Shown: positions 24,301-36,702, counted from the first letter of the stretch. The stretch is 64,000 nt of DNA from Squalus acanthias (GCA_030390025.1 CM059433.1:3596001-3660000); one strand, 5' to 3'. Program-made: numbers and translations. The notes: a model not told the origin generated them from the letters alone.

Positions 24301-24909
24301 GATATATCCAATTTTTTGGAACCAGCATCCTGGTGAAACAATGGTACACAGGAACTCGCTGCACCTTAGCTGGAACATGTAACGATTGGGCTTTGGAAGA
24401 AAGCCTAATTAGAGACAAAATAGTTATTGGGATACAGAACAATGATACTAGAAAGAGGCCTAGAAATCCGATAAGGCCTTAAAAAAAGGCGGAACCACTC
24501 TGGGGCGAGGTTTGCTCGCGCCCGTTAAAAGATCGCAGGCAGTGCGGTTATTTTGGTGCTGCCTGCTGATTTGAATGATTGGAGCGCCCAGCCTAGCGAG
24601 GAATGCGCTGCCTCAGGCTGTGCGTTCAGCAGAAGGCCCAATGTCGCGTGGCCGCAGCGTCCCTGGAGCGAGGCTGCCTTTCCTCAAAGCAAGGCTTCAT
24701 TTTAGAGAGCAGTCTCGAGCCCTTAAAGGGGATCTGCCTTCTGAAACAAATTAAAATCATTTAGCAATAGGTAGTCTCTAGCCCTTAAAGCTCAACTGAC
24801 TTCTGAAAAGAAACATTAAAAATCATTCCAAAATGGCATCTTAAACTCTTAAAGCTAAACTGCCTTCTGCACATAAACAAAAGGCAAAAGAGCTTCAGCA
24901 CTAACACAA

Positions 24910-25660
24910 ATGGCTCAACAGGCCAGGGAAGGGGCACCCAGGGTCTCGCACGCAGCACTCCAGCTTTGTGCAGGGGGTCAACACTGGAAGAGAGGTCCTC
25001 TACCCACAGGGGGTCAGGAGGCCCTCCAGAAAGAATGATGTGGGACCAGATCACTGAGGCCGTCACTGCCAGCAGTGTCGCCCCCACCACCTGGCTCCAG
25101 TGCCCAAAGAAGCTTCATGACCTCAGACCACTGGTCAAGGTCAGTGAATGCATCTTCAAAAGCCGTCTCCTACCAACTGCACCTCTAGCCTCGCACACTG
25201 CTCAAAGCACGACCCCCCCAACAACCCCATCACTCACCTACCAACAATCTCTACCAATCACAAGGCTTACCTCCCATTCCTAGCTTCACCTCACCCCCTT
25301 GGAGGAGACGGTGCAGGCCATTCTTGGCAGGGGCATGGCTGAGCCCTTGGCCAGTGGTGGGGCTGAAAGGATACAAGATGCTGGTATCCTCATACATTAT
25401 CCTCCTTCTCGCATCCCACTTCCCTCTCATCCCACAATATCTTCTGATGTACAAGCTGCACATGGTGTAAGCATGCACCTCTTGCTTTCCCGCCCTCCCC
25501 TCACCACAACCCTACCCTTGTGCCTTCCTCATTTCAGACACCTAAGAAATGCAGCCTGCCCAGCCAGTGGTTGACCAAGAAGAGGGAGAGGAGAGTGAAG
25601 AAGAAGAAGAAACACCGTCACTCAATTTCACACTCCCAGCCACCAGCTCCTCGAGGTTGT
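24910..25660 (+). pseudogene. Harbinger Myb/SANT-like DNA-binding protein remnant with introns
   Basis: MAQQAREGAPRVSHAAL...WDQITEAVTASSVAPTTWLQCPKKLHDLRPLVK then a GT donor at 25140, followed by LEETVQAILG and an acidic exon. Frameshifted. Confidence 0.8.
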
Positions 25661-26382
25661 CCTGCAAGGCCCTTTGCAGTGTCCCACACTGAAAGTCAGC
25701 AGCCTTCCACCAGCCATGTTGCAGCCACTGGGGTAGCACTGCGTGACATCACTAGAATAGGCAAAGCCACACACAAGACAGTCACTAAGGGAATGCAAAA
25801 GGGTGATTCTTGATGTAATATTGGATGCATATATGAATAAAGTTGGACTAAAAAGTTTGCTTTATGATGGCTTTTATTTCAGCATTGTGGCCAAGAGGAC
25901 ACTGTGATGGTCAATAACAGAGGGAAGGTAAGGTGTGGGACAAATGTTGAAAGGGGAATTGGGGTTGTGGTCACTGGTACTGCAGGTGGATGACTCGACC
26001 CCGGATATCCCGGCCACAAAGGGGCTGTCTGGGTTGCATTCTTCCTTACGCTTGCTCCTCTTCTGCTTCTTCCTCTTCCTTCTGCGAGCAACTTGTTCCT
26101 TTTGCTGCCTCTGCTTCATCTCCATGTGTCCCCCAGGACTGTGAGCAAGCGGCCTTCTCAGAGGCAAAATACTGCGGATGCTGGAAATTTGAAATAAAAA
26201 CAGAAAGTGCTGGAAATACTCAGCTGGTCAGGCAGCATCTCGACCTGAAACGTTAATACTGTATCTCTCTCCATGGATGCTGCCGTACCTGCTGAGTATT
26301 TCCAGCATTTTCTGTCTTCTCAGAGACCTTCCTTTATCATCCGAAGCCTTGCAAGCATCCAGCAGCACTCCCTGCACACATT

Positions 26383-27146
26383 GGGCCAAAAATTCGGCCC
26401 TTCCCGGGTGAGTACGCAGTCCGTACTCACTCGTAATGCGTCCTGAAGTGACGGTTTCCTGCATGCACTGCGCATGCGCGGGAAACCGGAACTTCCGGTA
26501 TGGTGAAGGGGGCGGTTCCTAGGTGAACCGCGTGCGCGGTAGAGGCTGCGCGCACGCAGCAAACTTAGATTTTTTTTCAGGTTTCTCCGCGAGGGTAAGT
26601 ATTGAAGAAACTACGCTATTAAAAAGGAGGCGCAGGACCCGTTTTCAACAAGGTAAGTGGTTAATTAAGTATAATTTCAAAATTTTTTCAACAGGTTTAT
26701 CTTTTTTAGATACTTTAAAGAAAGGTAAGTTTATTTTTATCACTTTTAAAAAGTATTTTAATTTTTTCAAAAATTTAAATTTTTGTTTAAAGTGGTTAAT
26801 TTATTTAACTATAGTTATTTCATTAATGTGATGGTTTTTTAAAAAATTTATTTTAAGTTTAGCTGTTCTTTTGGGGCCGATTTCAATTCACAGATTTGAC
26901 AGGTCTCCTGTCAAATCTATGAATGAAAGATGGTCTGCTGCCATTGGCTCTCCATGGCCCACGTGATCCCAGGGGTCGCATCGCACTAACTGCGCCCCTG
27001 GGACACGCAAGCACTGCGCGCCGGCACTTGGAGCAGGCCCAGGAGCTGAAGTTCCCGTGGGCCCAAAACACAACGGCAGGCGCGGTAGGTAATTGCGCGC
27101 GCAATCCTTACCCCCGCGGCAAGCCGGAGAGACGAATTTCTGGGCC
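26383..27146. mobile_element. Harbinger-type MITE family A copy 2 (inverted), nested in the 24457-27569 element
   Basis: ATT TSD. The homologous site near 59690 lacks the insert. Confidence 0.88.
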
Positions 27147-29191
27147 ATTAACAACTTTTTAAATGTATTGCACCAAACCACTACTACAATAAAATATAAA
27201 AAATAAGTCCAAAAGCTGAAATCCAAACTTACCTGAAAGTTGTGTGTCTCCCTTTAAGATGCGCTGACAGCGTCTCTGCAGTGCTGCTACACGTGTGTTC
27301 TTCCGTGCGTGGTTTGGAGAGGGCGTTATGGCGTGCCGCGAAGTCGAAAATAGCAGCCGCGCGTCAAATCAAGCGTTGCGCGCCGATTGATGTCACAATC
27401 TTCTCATTTGAATCTGAGAGGCCAGCGCTGGTAACGGAAGCGCTATGGACCTCACCAAAATGGCAGCTGCCATGTCCCACGCCGGAAGCGGGCTGAAGTG
27501 AGGCAGCCGCCAATTTTTTGCAGAAATACAGCGCTAATGGTCGGCGGTAAGGTAGGCAATGTCTAGGCCATCGACTTTTACAAGAACCAAAGCTGTCATG
27601 GAAAACTTGCAATGACAGGTGTAAAGCTAGTGAATCGACAGCAAAGCAACTGAAAGAAGTAAGGAATCAGGAAGAGATGCAAAACTTGGTAAGGGAAAAG
27701 AAAAAAGTGACTCCAGCTATGAAGCCCAGAAAATGTTGAAAAGCTCCTGAAATTTACTGTAAATACTGTTGACAATGACATGTCAGAAAAAAGGTGTCTT
27801 GCTTGCAGTTGCAAGTGTAGAGAATTCCACCATTTCTCAGCAAAGTGCCCAAGTTCAAGATATCTTAACAAAGGTAAACAGTAGGTACGTACTGCAGATG
27901 AAGCTACTCGTGACTCAGACGAAGGTCAGATTCACTCACATCATTTTGTTGGATCTATAGAAAACCAACGGACCAACAAATTATAAGCCAACATTGCCTA
28001 TAAACATCAAGCAGGTCAGCTTTCAGCTGTGGTGCTACTGTCAATGCTCTACTTGAGAATGAATACCTGAGACTGTTTAATGATCCAAATGGCAGAGAAA
28101 TTCAGGCTTCTAACGTTAAACAAAGTGAAGCTGTTGTCGTCACTGCTGAAAAAAGCCCAAGAACAACAAGAAGTGCAGCATTGTATTTCAAATAGCACCG
28201 AGTGGATGTAGGATCTAGGTCCCAGGGTTTCTCAACATATGCAATTTTGCGATGGTGAATCATGAGATGTTATGATGTTGGAGGATTCATTAAAACTCAT
28301 TAAAGAAGAACCAGGACATCTTCAAATGAAAGAGAATGTTAGAAGCAGTCTGAACCTTCAAAATTGATTCCAAAGTCCCAGTGTATCAGACTGAACCTAC
28401 ACAATTCCCAGCCAAAAACTACCTCTAGGTGTAAAAGGATTTTTCAAGAAGCAGATTAATGAATCTGTTGATTGAAAAGTTATTTCACCGATGTGGTATC
28501 CCAAATGACTGGCTCTCTTCAAATGGTGGTGAAAAGGAATTATAAAGTGTTCCTGTGCTTTGATCCAAAGACGCTTAACAAAAGCCCTCAAACGTAAATC
28601 ACTAACCACTTTGAACCGCAGATGATGTTCTGTCTGAACTAGCAAAAACAAAACTGCTCATGGCTGTGGATTGAAAGAACGCAGTCTGGTATTCTACCTT
28701 AGATGGATACTCAAGTCTGCTGACTGGCTTTTCAACACCATTTGGAAAATACATATAGTTAGGCATGGCTTTTGGAATCTCTCAGCGGAAAAATTTCACA
28801 GAAGGCGCCATGAGGTACTGGAAAATCTGGAAGGAGTCCCTGTTGCGGCAGATAGCAAATGTCAGTGCTACAGATAAACAGGACCATAACTGGAAACTGG
28901 AAGCTCCGCTGAAGCAATGTTAACAACAATGTATCAGACTGAACAAGGATAAAATGCAGTTCGAGGAAAGAGAACTGGGTCATACGCTCTCCTAAGATGG
29001 ATTAAAAGCAGATCCTGTTCAAGTTGAATCAATGCTAAAGATGCCTTCTCCGACTGACAAAAATGATATACAGAGAATTCTTGGAATGAGAAACTATCTG
29101 CAATAGTTTATTCCGAAGTTGTCTGATGTAACTGCCACTCTTTGCAGCCTAAGAAAAAAGTACAGTTAACTTTACTTAGGACAGTTGCCAA

Positions 29192-29369
29192 GGCCAGAGT
29201 TTTCTCCAGGGAGGCGGGTTGTGGGCGGGGGGGTGGTGGGAGAGGTGGGGGGGGGGGGCCTCCAAGGCAGGCGGCAAACCCGGGAGGCCAACTTTAACGG
29301 CAGGGCCTGATTTGCATGTGAGTCTCCACGCTCCAAACCCACCTGTTCTTTTAAGGGAAAATTCTGGCC
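29192..29369. mobile_element. Short Harbinger-type MITE in Gypsy pol
   Basis: TIRs GGCCAGAGTTTT / AAAATTCTGGCC; flanks CAA/TAA. Confidence 0.75.
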
Positions 29370-29397
29370 TAAGTGTCTGGATGAGGTTGAGAAGAAT

Positions 29398-30141
29398 GGC
29401 CCAGAAATTGATCTCGCTCTGTTCCCGCGGGGGTAAGCCTTCCCCGCGATCTCTCACCTCGCTTGTGCTTTTTCAGATCCAGCTCGCACGAACTTGATGT
29501 TCCAGACATCAGCTGGGCTGGGCTTGCGTATCCCACCGGCGTAGTGAATTCGTGCGAGCTGTGGGATCACGTGACTCAGTTAGAGCCAATGGCAGCACAC
29601 CATCTTCCATTCATAAGTTTCACAGCACGGCTGTGAAATCTATGAATCTTACACCCCCCCAAAATAACAGCTAAACCTCAATTAAATTTAACAAAAAACC
29701 CATCACATTAATAAAATAAGTATAGTTAAATAAATTAACCATTTTAAATAAAAAATTAAATTTTTGAAAAAATTTAAAATCTTTTAAAAAGTTATAAAAA
29801 TAAACTTACCTGTCTTTAAAGTCTCTAAAAAAGATATACCTGTAAAAAAAAATTCAAAAAAATACTTAATTCACTACTTACCTTGTTAAAAGTGGGTCTT
29901 ACTCCTCCTTTTTCCATTTCTAAAATCTTCAGTACTTACCTGCACGTCCAAAGCATGAAGTGCACAGCGTGCGCGCAGCCTGTAGCGCGCACGCGATGCA
30001 CCGAGGAACCGCCCCCTTTTCAAAAGAGCAATTGCCGGTTTTCAGCGCATGCGCAGGGCATGCAGAAAACCGGCAATTGCAGAGGGAATACGCGAGAGTA
30101 CGCAGTGCGTACTCTCGCGCACCGGGATGAATTTTTGGGCC
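29398..30141. mobile_element. Harbinger-type MITE family A copy 3, in Gypsy pol
   Basis: Termini GGCCCAGAAATT / AATTTTTGGGCC; flanks AAT/ATT; pol resumes with IFQAPALKYF. Confidence 0.86.
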
Positions 30142-30579
30142 ATTATCTTTCAAGCACCAGCACTAAAATACTTTGGCATCAACAGGAATCTAATTTTCAG
30201 TGCTGCTCATCAGAAAGAAGGCTGGGAGCATGCCTCATGTTATAAGGTCCACCTCAGCTTACGTTTCAAAGGGACCAAAAACCCATGGCCCTTCCTGCAC
30301 ATCAGGATCTGGATATGTAGGGTTCCAAGAGTTTTTGTGTGACTTTATAAGGGCGGAGCTTCCATACAAGCCAAACAAGGCCGTCATAAGGAGGGTGGCT
30401 GGGGACGAGAACTCCCAAGCCTCGGGGTTCCTTGGCCAGGCAATCTGCCTATTGGTGCAGTGGCACCAGTAAGCCCAGAACAACCAACAGAGTGACAGCT
30501 GTGGGACCCACCTGGGGTCCAGGCCTAGTTTGTGGTCTGGACCACCCAAGGGCCACATGTGATATTTCCAAGGGGCATC

Positions 30580-31032
30580 AAGAAAATAAAAACTTGCATT
30601 TCTATACTGGACGCCTCAAAGCGCTTTACAGCCAATGAAGTACTATTTGAAGTGGAGTCACTGTTGTAATGTGGGAAACACAGCAGCCAATTTGCGCACA
30701 GCAAGCTCCCACAAACAGCAATGTGATAATGACCAGATAATCTGTTTTTTGTTATGTTGGTTGAGGGATAAATATTGGCCCCAGGACACAACTCCCCTAC
30801 TCTTCTTTGAAATAGTCCTAAAGGATCTTTTACGTCCACCCAAGAGAGCAGACAGGGCCTCGGTTTAACATCTCATCTGAAAGACAGCACCTCTGACAGT
30901 GCAGCACTCCCTCAGCACTGCACTGGAGTGTCAGCCTAGCTTGATGTGTTGCAGGTCCTTGGAGTGGGACTTGAACCCACAACCTTCTGACTCAGAAGGC
31001 AAGGGTGCTACCCACTGAGCCACAGCTGACAC
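30580..31032 (-). mobile_element. Deu-domain SINE
   Basis: Same family as 4490-4964. Confidence 0.9.
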
Positions 31033-31908
31033 TGTGAAAGAATCAACTACCTATATGGGATTGGAGTCACACATCAGTCAGACTGGGTAGGCATAGCAGA
31101 TTCCCTTTTCTGAATGACATTAGTGAAGCAGTGGGCTTTACAACAAACCAGCACCTTTTATAGTAATTAGTTTCTCGTGCTAGCCTACAAATTACCAGAT
31201 GTTTCAAATTCACAACTTGCCATGGTGGGATTTTATTTCAGGACCTCTGGGCTGACTAGTCCAGCACCGGAACCACTGGGTGACCATTCCTGTAAAACCA
31301 GAGAGATTGACAACCAGGAAGTCATACCAATTGATGCATATTTGGAAATTTAAAAAAGGATTGAAACCATCAATATGCCATTATATTTACCCTGTCTGAG
31401 GGTGGAATAAGCAAGATACTGGAGTAGATGAAGGTTTGAATTGTTGAGAATGACAATATGTAAAATATGGCCTGACAAAAGAGAGAAAGTGGCATCTGTG
31501 AATTTCAACATTAGAGCTGAACTCGGGATACAGGGTGGACTGATACTCACGAGCGATCGAGAGTAGACCACTCCATGTGAGACGAGTGTATACTCAGGCC
31601 ACATCAGAGTCCAAGATTGTCTTTGCAGAGCTCAAGAAGTGACCGATTGGCCTCTAATAAACAAGGACAGAAACATGCTTATCAAGCTAAACGGCAAAAG
31701 GAAATGTTTATTAGTCACCAATGTCAGAAAGGCCCTGACAGAAAATAGGATGTGATCTGTTTGAAGCGCATGGAAGGGATTATGTCATACATCCTATTAC
31801 TCTGATTTAACGGAAATAAACAGACTGTATGGTAAAAAAAAAGGAACGACGTCATAGCCAAGATAAAAACTCATTTTGCCATGGTATACCAAATGAGCTA
31901 TATTAGAT

Positions 31909-32328
31909 ATAAAAACAGAAAATGCTGGAAATACTCAGCAGGTCAGGCAACATCTGTGGAGAGAGAGAAACAGAGTTAACGTTTCAGGTCGATGACCTTT
32001 CATCAGAACTGGAAAAAGTTGGAGATGTAAAAGGTTTTTAAGCAAGTGTAGGGGCAGGGAGAGGGGGAAGGAGAGGAAAGACCAAAGGGAAGGTTTGTGA
32101 TAGGATGGAAGGCAGGAGAGACTAAGAGACAAAAGGGATGATGGTGCAAGGCAAAAGGAGATGGTAATGGGACAAGTTAAGAAACAAAAGTTGAGTCTAG
32201 ATGAAGTGTAAATGGCAATGGCAGGATGAAAGACAGCTGCCATGTGAAAAAAAATAGGGCAGAGGTTATGGTCTGAAATTGTTGAGCTCGATGTTGAGTC
32301 CAGAAGGCTGTAAAGTGCCTAATCGAAA
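31909..32328 (-). mobile_element. Penelope-like 3' fragment (second family) inserted in Gypsy integrase
   Basis: 14-bp near-perfect TSD GAG(C/T)TATATTAGAT at 31895-31908 and 32329-32342. LQPSGLNIELNNFRP-type ORF end and a hammerhead core. Confidence 0.85.
31974..32010 (-). ncRNA. Minimal hammerhead ribozyme core (Penelope family 2)
   Basis: Minus strand AGUU-CUGAUGA-A-AGGUC-AUC-GACCU-GAAA-CGUU-AACU. Confidence 0.75.
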
Positions 32329-32494
32329 GAGTTATATTAGATGATGGGTCACCATGTCACTTGAGGGAATGACAGCAGTTTGCACAATGTAGGAGAAACT
32401 GGAGACACCCAAGGAAAACAGAACGATCATTTATGGAGAGTCCCGAGAGTTCGGTTACACACTCCAAACCACAATTGGACCAGCCCAGCCAATC

Positions 32495-33745
32495 CATAGG
32501 AACATAGGGACAGGAGGAGGCCATTTAGCCTCTCGAGCCTGTTCTGCCATTCAATGAGATCATGGCTGATCTGTGACCTAACTCCATATACCTGCCTTTG
32601 CCCCATATCCCTTAGTACCTTTGGTTAACAGAAATCTATCAATCTCAGATTTAAAATTAACAATTGACCCCCAGCATTAATCGCTGTTTGCAGAAGAGAG
32701 TTTCAAACTTCTACCACCCTTTGCGTGTAAAGTGTTTCCTAATTTCACTCCTGAAAGGATTGGCTCTAATTTTTAGACTATGCCCCCTAGTCCTAGAATC
32801 CCCAACCAGCAGAAATAGTTTCTCTCTATCTGTTCCCCTTAATATCTGGAAAACTTCAATCAAATCACCCCTTAACCTTCGAAATTCCAGGGAATACAAC
32901 CCTAGATTGTGTAATCGCTCCTCGTAATTTAACCCTTGGAGTCCGGGTAACATTCTGGTAAACCTGCGCTGCACTCCCTCCAAGGCCAATATATCCTTCC
33001 TAAGGTGTGGTGCCCAGAACTGCTCACAGTGCTCCAGGTGTGGTCTAACCAGGGTTTTGTACACCTGCAGCATAACTTCTACCCCCTTGTATTCTAGTCC
33101 TCTAGATATAAAGGCCAGTATTCCATTAGTCTTTTTGATTATTTTTTGTACCTGTCCATGACATTTGGATCCCCAACTCTCTTTGGACCTCCACTGTTTC
33201 TAGCTTTTCACCATTTAGAAAGTCCCCTGTTCTATCCTTTTTAGGTCCAAAGTGGATGACCTCACATTCGCCTACATTGAAATCCATTTGCCACATAATC
33301 TATTAACATCTCTTTGTAATTTTATGTTTCCACTTACACTGCTTACAATGCCGCCTATCTTTGTGTCATCGGCACAATTGGATATGTGACTTTCTACCCC
33401 ATCATCTAAGTTGTTAATAAATATTGTGAATAGTTGAGGCCGCAGCACAGATCCCTGCGGGACACCACTAGTCACATCCTGCCAGTTTGAGTACCTGCCC
33501 ATTATCCCTACTCTCTGTCTCCTGCCGCTCAGCCAAATTCCTAACCAGGTCAATAACTTGCCTTCAGTTCCATGAGCTTCAACTTTAGCTCACAGTCTCT
33601 TATGTGGGATTTTATCGAATGCCTTCTGGAAGTCCATATAAATAACATTCATAGACATTCCCCTTTCCAATACTTTAGACACCTCTTCAAAAAATTCAAT
33701 CGGGTTCGTCAGGCATGACCTACCCTTTCACAAATCCATGCTGGT
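32495..33745 (-). mobile_element. CR1 LINE RT and 3' end, degraded
   Basis: GVPQGSVLRPQLF, CADDTK and YKTLVRPHLE motifs; (CATAGGAA) tail on + strand. Confidence 0.92.
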
Positions 33746-33769
33746 TGTGAGTTGGTGTGGGGTTCAGCG

Positions 33770-33990
33770 GAGGTGCAAAGTAGATCTCTGGTCTGCTCTA
33801 AGTTAGCTGGTCAGGGTGTTCTAATTGTCCTCAGTGGTCTGGAGTGAGGTGATGAAAAAAATCAGCCAGGACTCCTGCTCTTCATCACGGTCCAGAGGTC
33901 CCTGTTGGAAAGTGTTCATGTGTGGAAGTTGGATGAGGACAGGCTTGGCTGTGATGCCTCTTCCTCATGGTTGAATAGCCTGTATACAAA
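33770..33990 (+). mobile_element. Old degraded SINE-like fragment
   Basis: AAAAATCAGCCAGGACTCCTGCTC...GGATGAGGACAGGCTTGGCTGTGATGCC looks like a SINE body. Recalled similarity only, not verified. Confidence 0.4.
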
Positions 33991-34768
33991 TGGCTGAATA
34001 GGCAATCATCACTGTCAAAGCTCACAAATGAAACATGACCATTTTGGCTGAAGCACAGCTGGCCTCACAGTTTCAGGAGAGGACAGAGGTGAGAAAATTG
34101 GGAGGAGCAATACAGGATGTCTAAAAATATCTTCGAGACTTCTCAAAATGAGAGGAAAATTTTCTCGTGGGAAATTATTCCTAAAAATCTGGTGGCTGTG
34201 TAATGCAAAATGTGTAAACTTTGGGCAGGATAATGTATTATTTCTAGACATACACACATTATATCACCAAACAGTAATTTCAGAAGTAACCCACAGCCCC
34301 ATATGCTCAGGTGATATGTAAAGCGCATACAGTTAAAGTTATATTTATCAGACTAATAAATTCCATCAGTACCACAGCTTGCAAATTCTAGAGTTGGGAT
34401 TCTTATCATGTTTAAATACTTTCACTGGTTCAAGGGGAACCCCAGAAGGGATTTCCCTATTAATAAACTTTGAACATTTTAATTTCTCTTTCATACCCAA
34501 CCAGTTATATGAGTAACCTTTGTTTTTTTTTAAAAAGTCGAATGGGCCGAAAGTCTATGAAAACTAGAATGTGTGAGACAGAAAAGCGCAAGGAATTCCA
34601 AAGAGATGTGGAACACCATAGCTAGAAAGTAACTTTCAGAATTAAAAAAGTAAAATAAGAACTATAGGAAAGTGACCATTGGGGTTGATTACTATGTAGG
34701 CCCAGTGAGCCAAGGATCAAATAATTAATAGTACTGTTAAATCACAGTTCGTTATTAGTGGAGATACA

Positions 34769-35665
34769 GGCCTAGAAATTCATGGGGAGGGGCGCAGGGA
34801 GATGCCTGAATGGTAAGGCCAGGGGTGCACCCAATACTGGGCCTCGGGCCTCAATACTATCGAGCTGGCATGGAGTACTGTCGATGAAGCAGAATGGAAG
34901 ATCGGGCCACTGCAGCTGCCCTCAGATAAGTGATTAAAGGGGACCGAGAAGGGGGTGTGACCGGGAACGGGGTGATCGGGTCGGGAGGAGCGCTGCCGTT
35001 CCTTCTGGCTCCAAATTCAGTTAAGTATATTTTAAAACCTTACCTTGTTGGTTGTGGCCGAGACCTGGTTTTCCTCACTGGCTGCCTCAGGGCAAACCAA
35101 TCTTGCGGTGGGGGCCTCAAACAGGTTTTAGGCCCCTTATTTGCATATGCAAAGGGGTTAACACGTGTTTCAGGTATGGGTTCTGCATGACAATTTTATT
35201 GCTCTTAACAATATGGCGGTTGAAAGAAAGTCTTGCATTTCTATAGCGCCTTTCACGACCACCGGACGTCCCAAAGTGCTTTACAGCCAATGAAGTACCT
35301 TTTGAAGTGTAGTCACTGTTGTAATGTAGGAAACACGGCAGCCAATTTGCGCACAGCAAGCTCCCACAAACAGCAATGTGATAATGACCAGATAATCTGT
35401 TTTAGTGATGTTGGTTGAGGGATAAATATTGGCCCCAGGACACCGGGGAGAACTCCCCTGCTCTTCTTCAAAATAGTGCCAGGGGATCTTTTATGTCCAC
35501 CGGAGAGAGCAGACGGGGCCTCGGTTTAACGTCTCATCCAAAAGACGAGAAAGGTTGGCGCACTTACAGCTTGTATTGAGCATGCACTTCCTGCCTGCCA
35601 TTTTGGAGGTTTAGGAGGCCGTTTCGTGCCCGAAAACGGGCGATGTACAGCTCAAATTCTAGACC
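34769..35665. mobile_element. Harbinger-type MITE interrupted by a Deu-SINE
   Basis: TIRs GGCCTAGAAATT / AAATTCTAGACC; flanks ACA/ATA. Confidence 0.75.
35222..35546 (-). mobile_element. 5'-truncated Deu-domain SINE
   Basis: Tail and core present, tRNA head missing. Confidence 0.88.
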
Positions 35666-36517
35666 ATAGACTCAGTGGAACGATTTAACAAAAATATATG
35701 AAAATTAATATAGTTTACAGAATGTAAATAGAATTTGATACAACTTACTATCACTAATTTTTTTTTAAATATATTGATATTTTATAAAATTTCATTCTAT
35801 AGTATGAATGTTAGGTATTATACTGATATTATCACTTTTCTATAGTGTATCTATCTCACGAGCACACACTGCAACTTCCACAAAATATGTTATTTTGAAT
35901 TAACTGTTTTCAAGCTATTTTTAAAAATGTAATACACAGATCAGCAGCAGACACTAAAACAGGCAAAGCTATGCCCCTTAGTAATGTAAACTTTTCAGAA
36001 CCCACTTTGTTTCTGATTTTAGAAAAAATCAAATTGGAAAACTAGCACTAGTCAAAAATACAAACTAATTGATTCAGATTTCACCAATCAGCAGGAAGAA
36101 GCACAGCACTGCTGGAAGGAAACATCAACAGACTTTTTTTTGGATAGTTTTTACATCTGATGCCCTGTAGGGGCCATCCCTCGACAGTGGGGGAAGGTCC
36201 ATGGTCAGAAGCTTAAAGTCACAATTTGAGCAATTGGTTCTGCACAATCTTGGCTGCCTCAGGGCAAACCAATCTTGAGGTGGGGCCTCAAACAGGTTTG
36301 AGGCCCCTTATTTGCATATGCAAAGGGGTTAACACTCCACTACAAGCCGCACAACGTTACAGAACTGCTTCCAATGGACGCTGTTCCCCAATGTAAACGT
36401 GTCATAACATTCACTGCTCTATAAATATAATTCTGCAGCTGGCTCGAGAAATGATATCAGATTACCAATTACTTTCTGAAAATGATTAAGTCTTTTTCCG
36501 CACTTTTGTGAGTCAAA

Positions 36518-36702
36518 GGGGATCATTTTGATTTGGGTGGCCGTGTAAAACGGGCGATGTTGATCCAGCCGCTCGTTATACGTCTCTCCCAGTTTTCATT
36601 GCCAGTGACTTCAATGCAGATGGAAATCGGGAGAGATGTATAACGGGCAAATGAATCGATGTTGCCCTCTTTACACCAACACCCAAAGTCAAAATGACCC
36701 CC
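36518..36702. mobile_element. Palindromic 185-bp MITE
   Basis: GGGGATCATTTTGA ... TCAAAATGACCCCC with imperfect pairing along the whole length; AAA on both flanks. Confidence 0.82.

Larger units (their letters stand above)
24457..27569 (+). mobile_element. Non-autonomous Harbinger element with a Myb/SANT gene remnant and an internally deleted transposase
   Basis: Imperfect TIRs GGCCTAGAAATCC / GGCAATGTCTAGGCC. Gag reads TRK|RLL across it with a net +3 bp. Homologous to 58166-60074. Confidence 0.85.
22550..32390 (+). mobile_element. Decayed Gypsy/Ty3 LTR retrotransposon internal region, fragmented by nested insertions
   Basis: Candidate LTR end ...CA followed by PBS-like TGGTGCCAGAATTGG (22550). 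Gag GNQASNWKSFKRIWD...ETYQ (22800-23079), ESLIRDKIVIGIQNNDTRK (24301-24456), RLLQEPKL and Zn-knuckle remnant (27570-27850). Protease remnant ~28000-28050. RT CFDPKTLNKALKR, FSTPFGKY and LEGVPVAADS (28400-29180). APALKYF (30142-30270). Integrase GHIRVQDCLCRAQEVTDWP, QKIGCDLF and GIPNEL|ILDDGSP (31460-32390). Order PR-RT-RH-IN is Gypsy-type. Confidence 0.9.
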
